Notes: generated by a model not told the origin, from the letters alone. A stretch of 17,410 bases of DNA from an uncultured Bacilli bacterium (GCA_934190785.1 CAKPTA010000015.1:1-17410); one strand, 5' to 3'; shown: positions 7,925 to 15,845, numbered from the stretch's first letter. A program made the numbers and translations.

Positions 7925-8982
7925 AAAGTTTTACCTCCAGCTTGTTTTTGTTCAGGAACAATTGTAATAGAATTATTATCCATTAAATTAATTATTGTTC
8001 CATCATTTAAAAGAATCTTAGGTCTAAGCATTTCACCTACTTTATTTTCGTATACAACACCCTCTAAGCCATTAGATAAAGTTACTTTTGTTCCTTTTGG
8101 ATAAATAGGAACATGTCTAATGAATGCTTGTACAACATCTAAATTAAATTTAGTTCCGCAAGATGCCATTAAGTATTCAATTGCTTCTGAAGTTGATAAA
8201 TATACACCTGAATCAGTTTTATGGTGAATAAGAATATCATAAAAATCTGCAACATGTATTATTCGTGCAAAAATATGAATTCTTGATTTATCAATTGCAA
8301 TAGGCATATTTTTGCCGTTTTCATCTGTTCGATGGAATAAAACAGAAGCTTTAACTACGGATGGTACCTGAACATTATCCTTTAACAAACAATATCCATA
8401 TACAGGACTTAGTTTTTCCGAATATGATAAAACTGTATCTTTAGCACTATTAGAAGTATTTAATTTTTCTAGTACTCTTCTATCTGAACAACGTTTACCA
8501 ATGTCATGTAAAAGTGAAGCTATAGCTAATTCTTCAAGCTGATTTCTATTAAACATAGGTTCTCCATTTTTATCTTTCAATTCGCTTCCAACTGCTATTG
8601 CCATTTCTGTTACAGCAATTGCGTGTTCATAATCAAAATTATCACCATTTCTATTATCAAGTAAATCGAATGAAATATTTAATGTTTTACAAACGCCAGA
8701 TACAATTTCTTTGGCACTATCTATTACAGATGTAATATCTAAATTTTTAATTGCGGTTGCAGCCTGATGACGAACAGTTATTGGAATATTATCATCAAGA
8801 ATTATTCCCTTACTTTCTAATGTATCAATACAAAGAGTATAAAAACCTTTATCTTTTAAACGTTTTATAATATTTTCACTAAGAACCGTTCCACTTTTTA
8901 GTAATTCATTATTTCTATCATCATAAATAGTTTTACCTAAAGTCATTCCTGGTTTTACTGATTCTATATAAAATTGTTGCAT
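7918..8982 (-). CDS. HD-GYP-type HD domain protein with a degenerate GYP motif
   Basis: YEHAIAV...LLHDIGK HD core. FHRTDENGKNMP occupies the position where the family has HHExxDGxGYP. Flanking N- and C-terminal beta-rich segments (PGMTLGKTIY...; GTKVTLSNGLEGVV) are typical of Firmicutes HD-GYP proteins. GAGGTG RBS. Confidence 0.75.
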   Translation of the reverse strand: MQQFYIESVKPGMTLGKTIYDDRNNELLKSGTVLSENIIKRLKDKGFYTLCIDTLESKGIILDDNIPITVRHQAATAIKNLDITSVIDSAKEIVSGVCKTLNISFDLLDNRNGDNFDYEHAIAVTEMAIAVGSELKDKNGEPMFNRNQLEELAIASLLHDIGKRCSDRRVLEKLNTSNSAKDTVLSYSEKLSPVYGYCLLKDNVQVPSVVKASVLFHRTDENGKNMPIAIDKSRIHIFARIIHVADFYDILIHHKTDSGVYLSTSEAIEYLMASCGTKFNLDVVQAFIRHVPIYPKGTKVTLSNGLEGVVYENKVGEMLRPKILLNDGTIINLMDNNSITIVPEQKQAGGKTLC

Positions 8983-9003
8983 ATTAATTCACCTCTTTTT
9001 AAG

Positions 9004-9012
9004 ATTATATCA
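9004..9012 (-). promoter_or_regulatory. Extended -10 promoter element (TGATATAAT) for the HD-GYP/ABC operon
   Basis: Minus strand reads TGaTATAAT, about 20 nt upstream of the GAGGTG RBS and immediately after the upstream terminator. Confidence 0.55.
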
Positions 9013-9013
9013 T

Positions 9014-9047
9014 AAATAATAAAGAAAATCAGTTTTTTTACTGATTT
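9014..9047 (-). terminator. Rho-independent terminator closing the mraZ...pilin-like operon
   Basis: Minus strand reads AAATCAGT-aaaaaa-ACTGATTT (8-bp stem overlapping the TAA stop) followed by TCTTTATTATTT. Confidence 0.65.
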
Positions 9048-10182
9048 AACTTATAGGAATTATAAATGGACTAGAAATAGTACCTTCGCCATTTTTGGGA
9101 ACTGATTTAACATATATTGTATCATAAATATTATGATGTGCATTTTTAAGATCACTTTCTAAAGCCACTTTATATCCTGTATCTACATAATATACAGAAT
9201 TTGAAGAAGTTGTCATCGTCCATGCATCACTTAATTTTAAATAATTGTTATTACTACAACTTGCAAACGTTCCACTATTACATTCATCATTTAAAGATGA
9301 TTCCATATATTCACTTAAACTAATTAAACCAACATTCATAGTTATTTGATTTTTCTTTTCATATGTCCTTGCGGCATCAACATTCAAGTTATCTGTAACC
9401 TCAACGGACCCACTATTCCATTTCATTGTACTATTAATAATAGAATTATAATCTGTTTTCTTATCTAAATTTTCTGTATGAATAGTTGCAATGTCAAAAC
9501 TTACATTACCACTTGAATCCCAAACTGCAGAATTACCACTAGTTCTAACTAATTTAAGTGTTTTAGTATTTTTATCAATACTCATAATTCTAAATAAAGT
9601 TGAATTATTTCCTATTTTTACATAATTATTTGAAATATTATCCCCTCTAAAAACATAGCGGTCTTCCATATCATACAACCCAGATCCACTTGCTACTACA
9701 TTACTCATGGAATCACCAATTAAATATGACGCTACAGAAAGTTTTTGTTTACTTGTATTTTTTATCCAAGATTTGCTTGATATATTGTAATCATAATAAA
9801 ATCCATTTTTACAATTATTTATATCATCTTCATATGAATATTTATAGTTTTTATTAGAAACATCATATGAAATTTTAACACATCCATTTAAATTTTTAGA
9901 GTTATCTCTCGGATCTTTTATTTTTTCATTTGGTAAATAACCCTTTGTCTGAAGCATTTCAACCGAAACATATGTATCATTTAAAAACTCAGAGTCCAAT
10001 TCTTTAGCATTATCAGTAGCCCATTTTTGACCCGCTAGTGTAATATCCTCTACTTGAACTTCATATAGTTTTTCTTTAGATTCTATAATATTTTTATTTA
10101 CAGCAGGAACAGCTATTAAAGCTACAACACCAATAATTACAATAACTGCAAGTAATTCTATAAGCGTAAATCCCTTCTTCAT
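9046..10182 (-). CDS. Prepilin-type N-terminal cleavage/methylation domain protein (large pseudopilin-like, 378 aa)
   Basis: MKKG|FTLIELLAVIVIIGVVALIAVPAV is a class III signal peptide with Glu at +5. ATG 10182 has AAGGA upstream, 13 nt after the pbp2B stop. The C-terminal domain of about 340 aa is Cys-containing and Asn/Ser-rich. Confidence 0.8.
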   Translation of the reverse strand: MKKGFTLIELLAVIVIIGVVALIAVPAVNKNIIESKEKLYEVQVEDITLAGQKWATDNAKELDSEFLNDTYVSVEMLQTKGYLPNEKIKDPRDNSKNLNGCVKISYDVSNKNYKYSYEDDINNCKNGFYYDYNISSKSWIKNTSKQKLSVASYLIGDSMSNVVASGSGLYDMEDRYVFRGDNISNNYVKIGNNSTLFRIMSIDKNTKTLKLVRTSGNSAVWDSSGNVSFDIATIHTENLDKKTDYNSIINSTMKWNSGSVEVTDNLNVDAARTYEKKNQITMNVGLISLSEYMESSLNDECNSGTFASCSNNNYLKLSDAWTMTTSSNSVYYVDTGYKVALESDLKNAHHNIYDTIYVKSVPKNGEGTISSPFIIPIS

Positions 10183-10195
10183 AAAATCATCCTTT

Positions 10196-12361
10196 CTAAC
10201 CATCACTCTTATACTTTTCTTCTAATACAATTTTTATACTTGTATCATCACTTATTGGACTTAGAACAGAAACACTTTGTCCTATTACAAATCCATATCC
10301 TTCTATCTCATATTTTATATTGAGCAATTTAAACAGTGCTACGGCATCACTTCTACTCCATCCAATTATATTAGGCATAACATAATTAGAATTAGTTTTA
10401 AGTATAACTTTGTCTCCACTAATTAAAGTAGAACCACTCTTTGGATACTGGTCTAAAACAGAATCGCCATCCCCAAGTATAACTACATTTAAACCTTTAC
10501 TTTCTAAATCATTTTTAACACTTACGACATTTTTACTAGTATATGAATCAATATCAATTAGTGTATTTTCTTCTTCATCTTTTCTATCTGATAAATCTTC
10601 ATATTTAATTATACTATTAATTACACTTTTAGTCGCATCTCTAACTCCTAAATTTTTTCCTGTTGAAGGTATTTTCATTGCAGTATAAATTATATATTTA
10701 GGGTCATCTTTGGGAAACATACCTGCAAATGAGAATATATATCTATTTTCATTTTCTTCAATTACATATCCACCAAGTGAAGCATTATAAATTTGTGATG
10801 TACCAGTTTTTCCAATAATATCAAGTCCATCAATATTAAATATTCGAGCAGTTGTTCCTCTGTCTGTTCCATGAACAGTATTGTACATAAGCTCTTTCAT
10901 TTTATCGGTTGTTGATTTTTTTACAACGCCTTTGGTTCTTTCAACTTCCCTCTCATAATATACTTCATTAGTATTAGGATTAACAATTTTACTAACTATA
11001 TGTGGTTTTAACATATCTCCATTATTAGCTACTATTGTTAAAGCCTGGAGCTGTTGAATAGAAGTTGTTGTTATTCCTTGACCAAAACCAGCTGTTGCAA
11101 CTTCAACTTCATAGTTAAAGTCTATATTACCAGTTTGTTCACCAGCAAGCTCAATACCTGTTGTTTGACCAAATCCATATTTTTTAAAACATTCTCTTAA
11201 TTCTTTTTTAGATAAATATGTTTTTATCAAATTAACTATTCCAACATTACTAGAATATTCATATCCTTTATCAAAAGTTACAAGACCCCATCCTGCAGTA
11301 TCCCAGTCTCTTACAGTTGCGCCTCCAACTTCTACACTACCTGAAGAATATACAGCATTACCATCATATTTACCACTTTCAATCGCACACATATATGTAT
11401 ATGTTTTCATAACTGATCCAGGTTCAAAAGTAAGCGTTACTAAAGGATTTTCATAACTTGTAATATTTCTTACATTAGGATCAAATGAAGGTGTTGCAGA
11501 AGTTCCTAAAATATCTCCTGTTTTAGCATCCATAACTGTAAGTTGCAACCATTCGGGTGTATATTTATTACTTGCATCCTTAACTGCTGTTTCAACAAAA
11601 CGTTGAATAGTAGAATCAATTGTAAGATAAATATTATAACCATCTAGCGCAGGCTCTGATATTTCTTTTGTTCCAGCAATTTTATAACCATATCTATCCT
11701 GTTGATACTCAAGATATCCATCTGTACCTTTTAATAGTTCATTATACTTGCCTTCAATACCAAGTTCACCCTTTATTTCATTTGTTACACTTCCATCACT
11801 ATTAGTTATTTCAACATCTTTAGCATAACCGATTGTATAAGATGCAAAGTCACCATTTGGATAATATCTCTTTTCTGACTCAATAAAATCAATACCAGGT
11901 AAATCAAGTGCTTCTATTTCTTCTTTCTTTAATTCAGTAATTCCTCTTCCAGCACTTCCAAGTTCAACTTGATATAGTTTTTTTTTCAAACGTTCTTCTA
12001 TTTCTGCTTCGTCAGCATTTAAAACACTAGCAAGTGCAACAGCTGTTGCATGTACATCTTTTACATAATCATCTTTTCTACTTTCTTTTGACGCTTCTAG
12101 ATAAGCAATAACAGTATAAGAGCTAATATTTTGCGCTAAAATATTTTGATTTGCGTCATAAATAGTTCCACGTGTAGCTGATATATTTTTCTTTACAGTA
12201 CTTCTGCTTAAAGCAAAAGCATCCATATCTTTTCCATAAACTTTTTTTGACAAACTTAAATAAGCAAATTGCAGATAGAGCAAAAAAATACAAAACAAAA
12301 ACACTCCAAAAACTAAGCGAGGAATTTTCCAAGTTTTCTTTGTATTTTGTTTTGCATTCAT
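10196..12361 (-). CDS. pbpB: Penicillin-binding protein 2B (FtsI-type class B transpeptidase) with two C-terminal PASTA domains
   Basis: N-terminal TM anchor; SxxK (GSVMK), SxN (YSSN) and KTG (GKTGTS) motifs; two PASTA-like repeats at the C-terminus. Follows ftsL. I prefer ATG 12361 (AGGAG upstream) over the GTG at 12373. Confidence 0.9.
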   Translation of the reverse strand: MNAKQNTKKTWKIPRLVFGVFLFCIFLLYLQFAYLSLSKKVYGKDMDAFALSRSTVKKNISATRGTIYDANQNILAQNISSYTVIAYLEASKESRKDDYVKDVHATAVALASVLNADEAEIEERLKKKLYQVELGSAGRGITELKKEEIEALDLPGIDFIESEKRYYPNGDFASYTIGYAKDVEITNSDGSVTNEIKGELGIEGKYNELLKGTDGYLEYQQDRYGYKIAGTKEISEPALDGYNIYLTIDSTIQRFVETAVKDASNKYTPEWLQLTVMDAKTGDILGTSATPSFDPNVRNITSYENPLVTLTFEPGSVMKTYTYMCAIESGKYDGNAVYSSGSVEVGGATVRDWDTAGWGLVTFDKGYEYSSNVGIVNLIKTYLSKKELRECFKKYGFGQTTGIELAGEQTGNIDFNYEVEVATAGFGQGITTTSIQQLQALTIVANNGDMLKPHIVSKIVNPNTNEVYYEREVERTKGVVKKSTTDKMKELMYNTVHGTDRGTTARIFNIDGLDIIGKTGTSQIYNASLGGYVIEENENRYIFSFAGMFPKDDPKYIIYTAMKIPSTGKNLGVRDATKSVINSIIKYEDLSDRKDEEENTLIDIDSYTSKNVVSVKNDLESKGLNVVILGDGDSVLDQYPKSGSTLISGDKVILKTNSNYVMPNIIGWSRSDAVALFKLLNIKYEIEGYGFVIGQSVSVLSPISDDTSIKIVLEEKYKSDG

Positions 12362-12377
12362 CCAGGCACACACTCCT

Positions 12378-12674
12378 TTAGTTGTGAATTACAACAATAT
12401 TATCATTATTATAAGCAAGTCCCATATCAGAAACAACATCTTTTATCTTTTCAAATGAAGTTAATTCACTTACTTTCATCGTTAAACTTTCGTTAGTCTT
12501 TTCTTGTTGATTAATTGAAGAACGTAATTTTTCAACTTCCATACTAAGATGACTTACACCTGCTGTACAGAATATTTTTAAAACCATTGTTAGACAAAGA
12601 CATAAGATAGCTCCTACATATAATAGTCTCTCACCCTTAGTAATTCTTAATTTTCTTACCTTTTTCTTTTTCAT
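12378..12674 (-). CDS. ftsL: Cell division protein FtsL
   Basis: 98-aa bitopic protein: basic N-terminus, one TM segment, then a coiled-coil-like segment (MEVEKLRSSINQQEKTNESLTMKVSEL). Canonical position between rsmH and pbp2B. Confidence 0.7.
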   Translation of the reverse strand: MKKKKVRKLRITKGERLLYVGAILCLCLTMVLKIFCTAGVSHLSMEVEKLRSSINQQEKTNESLTMKVSELTSFEKIKDVVSDMGLAYNNDNIVVIHN

Positions 12675-12675
12675 T

Positions 12676-13599
12676 TTATCCCTCTTTTATTCTTTCAATC
12701 ACTCTAAGTCTTGCACTTCTTGAACGACTATTTAAATTAACTTCATCATCACTTGGTTTTATAGATGCAACAAGTTTAAATTTAGGTTCTGCATAATCAG
12801 GTATAATTGGCATTTTTTTATATACTGAATCAATTTCACTATATTCACGAAAAATATTTTTACAAATCCTATCTTCTAGAGAATGGAAAGTAATAACACA
12901 AACTCTTCCACCCACACGAACAAGTGATAAAGCTTGCTTAAGTGCACTTTCAAAAACATCAAGTTCATGATTAACTTCAATCCTAATTGCCTGAAAAACT
13001 TTTCTAGCTGGATGATGATTAATACTATATTTTAACGGTACACCAGACTTTATAATATCAACAAGTTCTAAAGTAGTACATATAGGTTTACTCTCACGAT
13101 ACGCCACTATCTTTTTAGCAATACCACTCGCATACTTTTCTTCTCCGTAATTATAAAATATACGACATAAATCATCATATGAATAATTATTAACAACTTC
13201 ATAAGCTGATAAAGGGTTATTCTTATCCATTCGCATATCAAGTCTTGCATCACTATGAAAGCTAAAACCTCTATCAGCTTCATCTAACTGGGGACTAGAT
13301 ACACCTAAATCAAATAAAATACCATCTACACTATCAACATCAAGTTCGTTTAACTTTTCCTTTAAATTAGAAAAATTAGAATAAATAATTCTATAATTTG
13401 ATCCTATTTCTGATAATCTTTTTTCACTACTTAAGATAGCTTCCTCATCTTGGTCAAATGCATATAGATAACCATTTTTTATTTTTGACAAAATATTACT
13501 ACTATGTCCACCATATCCAAGAGTGCAGTCAACAATAATAGAATCATTTTTTAAATTTAAATTTTCTATGCATTCATTTAATAAAACACTCTTATGCAT
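12676..13599 (-). CDS. rsmH: 16S rRNA (cytosine1402-N4)-methyltransferase RsmH (MraW)
   Basis: MHKSVLLNE...DCTLGYGGHS...FDLGVSSPQLD...FHSLEDR, the full set of MraW signatures. Follows mraZ. Confidence 0.95.
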   Translation of the reverse strand: MHKSVLLNECIENLNLKNDSIIVDCTLGYGGHSSNILSKIKNGYLYAFDQDEEAILSSEKRLSEIGSNYRIIYSNFSNLKEKLNELDVDSVDGILFDLGVSSPQLDEADRGFSFHSDARLDMRMDKNNPLSAYEVVNNYSYDDLCRIFYNYGEEKYASGIAKKIVAYRESKPICTTLELVDIIKSGVPLKYSINHHPARKVFQAIRIEVNHELDVFESALKQALSLVRVGGRVCVITFHSLEDRICKNIFREYSEIDSVYKKMPIIPDYAEPKFKLVASIKPSDDEVNLNSRSRSARLRVIERIKEG

Positions 13600-13607
13600 A
13601 AGTCCTC

Positions 13608-14042
13608 CTATAAATTAACATTATTCATAAATAAATTATCAGCTATCTCAGAAAAATGTTCTTCATTAGAACTAACAAATGAATTCCAACTTTCATTACT
13701 CCAAATTTCTAAGTGATCATTAACACCAATAATAATACAATCACGATTTAGTGAAGCATATGTAATTAAAGTGGTAGGAATATTTATTCTTCCCTGTTTA
13801 TCAAAATTAACCTCAGTCGCACCTGATAAGAAAAATCTCATAAAATTTCTGGCATCACGAGTATTAGGAAGAGTCTTATACTTTTCAATAATATTTGCCC
13901 ATTCACATGCTGGATAAACAAACAAGCAATTATCAAGCCCACGCGTTACAACAAAATCACTACCAAGTTCTTCTCTTATTTTAGACGGTAATGTAAGTCT
14001 GCCTTTCTCATCAATCGTATGATGATATTCACCCATGAACAT
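13608..14042 (-). CDS. mraZ: Transcriptional regulator MraZ
   Basis: MFMGEYHHTIDEKGRLTLPSKIREEL plus a second DxxGR repeat (FDKQGRINIP). Start set at ATG 14042. The 26 upstream codons in the ORF track cover the promoter and operator. Confidence 0.92.
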   Translation of the reverse strand: MFMGEYHHTIDEKGRLTLPSKIREELGSDFVVTRGLDNCLFVYPACEWANIIEKYKTLPNTRDARNFMRFFLSGATEVNFDKQGRINIPTTLITYASLNRDCIIIGVNDHLEIWSNESWNSFVSSNEEHFSEIADNLFMNNVNL

Positions 14043-14049
14043 ATAATCA

Positions 14050-14074
14050 CCCACTTTGCTCCACTTTAACCCAC
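14050..14074 (-). promoter_or_regulatory. Three phased MraZ-type operator boxes (GTGGG / GTGGA / GTGGG, 10-bp spacing)
   Basis: Plus strand has CCCAC at 14050-14054, TCCAC at 14060-14064 and CCCAC at 14070-14074. The minus-strand units are ACAGTGGG, AAAGTGGA and AAAGTGGG. They lie between the -10 box and the mraZ ATG. Confidence 0.6.
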
Positions 14075-14085
14075 TGTATACCAAT

Positions 14086-14114
14086 ATTGTACCGTTTAAT
14101 TTATTTTTTGTAAA
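14086..14114 (-). promoter_or_regulatory. Sigma-A type promoter of the mraZ operon
   Basis: Minus strand reads TTTACA (14114..14109), a 17-nt spacer, then TACAAT (14091..14086). Confidence 0.65.
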
Positions 14115-14134
14115 GAACATTTCCTGATTTTATA

Positions 14135-14169
14135 TAAAAATAAAGAAAAAAAGTAACAATGTTACTTTT
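14135..14169 (-). terminator. Rho-independent terminator after the tcdA-unknown gene pair
   Basis: Minus strand reads AAAAGTAAC-att-GTTACTTTT (9-bp A/T-rich stem overlapping the TAA stop) followed by TTTCTTTATTTTT. Confidence 0.55.
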
Positions 14170-14695
14170 AGTTTACTAAAATATCTCCGATGAAATCATA
14201 TGCATCATATAAAAAATCAAGTGCAAGATAAAATCTATCTTTAAAATAACCATTTTTAGACTTAGAAACACCAACTTTTACAATATAGCCATCCTTACAT
14301 TCAAACACATTTATTTCACTACTATACCTTTTATATCTTCTTACTAAAGCATCCAACAAATCACTAGGTATAATAATATAAATATCCGAATTAGATAAAT
14401 ATACACTATCATAAATAAACCTACGCTTATATCTATCCATTTTATTATAATTACATATGATAGCATCATATTTATTATGGCCAAATTTACGAACTTTCTT
14501 ATAATTGATAGTTTTTCCTTTTTTTCTTCCAATATTGCCTTTAGATGATCCATTATTACTTAAAATATTAACTTCAACAATATTAGCGTTTTCCTTAAGC
14601 TCATTTAATATTTTGTCATTTTCAATAGAAAATCCCAAAATTTTTCCCTTTAATTTTCTGACAATATTTACCATAGTATAATCTATTTTATTCAT
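14168..14695 (-). CDS. Hypothetical basic protein (175 aa), no family recognised
   Basis: The ORF is preceded by GGTGA 5 nt upstream of ATG 14695, which overlaps the tcdA stop (ATGAATAA). Lys/Arg/Asn/Tyr-rich with no TM segment or signal peptide. Alternating beta/alpha-like segments (KILGFSI, NIVEVNIL, YDAIICNYN, DIYIIIP). Confidence 0.55.
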   Translation of the reverse strand: MNKIDYTMVNIVRKLKGKILGFSIENDKILNELKENANIVEVNILSNNGSSKGNIGRKKGKTINYKKVRKFGHNKYDAIICNYNKMDRYKRRFIYDSVYLSNSDIYIIIPSDLLDALVRRYKRYSSEINVFECKDGYIVKVGVSKSKNGYFKDRFYLALDFLYDAYDFIGDILVN

Positions 14696-15374
14696 CTCTA
14701 TCACCTAGAATATCATTAACAATATAACTCGTACAAAGTAACCCTGCTACACTCGGAACAAAAGAGCAAGAAGCAATCGTAGTACCTTCATGTTTAATTG
14801 GTGACTCAGTACTAGCAATTACCATAACTTTAGACTTTATTCTTTCGTCCCTAACCATTTTGCGTATAATCTTAGCAATTGGATCATAAGCCGTCTTTCT
14901 AACATCCATAACTTTAAGTTTAGTAGGATCTATTTTATTACCCGTACCCATCGAACTTATAAATTTAATATTTTTTCTTATGCAAGTTCTAATGATGGCC
15001 TTCTTTACACTTACGGTATCACATGCATCAACTACATAATCAATATCACTAGTTATAATGTCATCAACATCACTTTCAGATAAAACTTTATAAATTGTAT
15101 CAACCTTAATTGAACTTGAAATATCACTAATACGATTTTTTGCAACTACAACTTTAGGAAGACCAATAGTTGAATGAAGAGCAAAAATTTGACGATTAAT
15201 ATTAGAAACATCTATAACATCTCCATCAACAATAATTATGTGATGTACACCAAGACGTGCTAAAGATTCAATAACATAACTTCCAACTCCACCAGCTCCA
15301 ATAACTAAAATAGTTTTATTTTGAATATAAGTTAAACTATCACCAAATAATAACTCTGCTCTTGTAAACTCCAT
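14688..15374 (-). CDS. tcdA: tRNA threonylcarbamoyladenosine dehydratase TcdA (ThiF/E1-like family)
   Basis: LFGDSLTYIQNKTILVIGAGGVGSYVIESLARLGVHHIIIVDGDVIDVSNINRQ is a ThiF-type dinucleotide fold; its size and motifs fit TcdA/YrvM. Start at ATG 15374 (GGTGA upstream). The ORF-track ATG at 15395 lies inside the -10 box. Confidence 0.85.
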   Translation of the reverse strand: MEFTRAELLFGDSLTYIQNKTILVIGAGGVGSYVIESLARLGVHHIIIVDGDVIDVSNINRQIFALHSTIGLPKVVVAKNRISDISSSIKVDTIYKVLSESDVDDIITSDIDYVVDACDTVSVKKAIIRTCIRKNIKFISSMGTGNKIDPTKLKVMDVRKTAYDPIAKIIRKMVRDERIKSKVMVIASTESPIKHEGTTIASCSFVPSVAGLLCTSYIVNDILGDRDE

Positions 15375-15393
15375 AAAAATCACCACTACTAAC

Positions 15394-15402
15394 ATTGTAA
15401 CA
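15394..15402 (-). promoter_or_regulatory. Extended -10 element (TGtTACAAT) upstream of tcdA
   Basis: Minus strand reads TGTTACAAT, 19 nt upstream of ATG 15374. I saw no good -35 box. Confidence 0.4.
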
Positions 15403-15407
15403 AATTT

Positions 15408-15441
15408 ATAAAAAAAGAAAAAGAGATATACTAAATATCCC
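15408..15441 (-). terminator. Weak candidate terminator after the lipoprotein gene
   Basis: Imperfect 7-bp stem (GGGATAT / ATATCTC, one mismatch) followed on the minus strand by TTTTTCTTTTTTTAT. Confidence 0.35.
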
Positions 15442-15449
15442 TTAAAATT

Positions 15450-15845
15450 CTACTCAATAACACTATATTCAATTGCTGCTGCATTACTTAAATCAGCATT
15501 TGTTTTAGTTACAACAGTTAAAGTAGTTCCACTTTCCATAGGACTTTTAACCTCATCAGTTAACTTAACAATACTACTACCATTATTATCTTTAATATCA
15601 ATACTAAACTTAGAGCCTTCATAAACAACACCAGTATTATTAATAACAATAGTTGTAACTTCTCCATTTTCTATCGAAACATTTACAAACTCTAAACCTT
15701 CAAACACTTGATCTTTAATAACACTTGAATCCTCATTATTAGTATTATCTATTTTATTTTCATTTTTCTTTTTACTACATCCACATCCTGTTACTAGCAT
15801 AACTACTAGTAACATTGTGAATAATATACTTATTCTTTTTCTCAT
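15450..15845 (-). CDS. Small lipoprotein of unknown function
   Basis: MRKRISILFTMLLVVMLVTG|C is a signal peptide with a lipobox. An Asn/Lys-rich linker is followed by a beta-rich domain of about 90 aa. AAAGGAG RBS, 32 nt after the surface-protein stop with no terminator between. Confidence 0.75.
   Translation of the reverse strand: MRKRISILFTMLLVVMLVTGCGCSKKKNENKIDNTNNEDSSVIKDQVFEGLEFVNVSIENGEVTTIVINNTGVVYEGSKFSIDIKDNNGSSIVKLTDEVKSPMESGTTLTVVTKTNADLSNAAAIEYSVIE

Noticed and set aside
12156-12371. Minus-strand alternative-frame ORFs 12156..12371, 14344..14553 and 16075..16353
   Set aside because: They are embedded out of frame in the pbp2B, unknown-protein and surface-protein genes. I recognise no motifs and see no independent translation signals.
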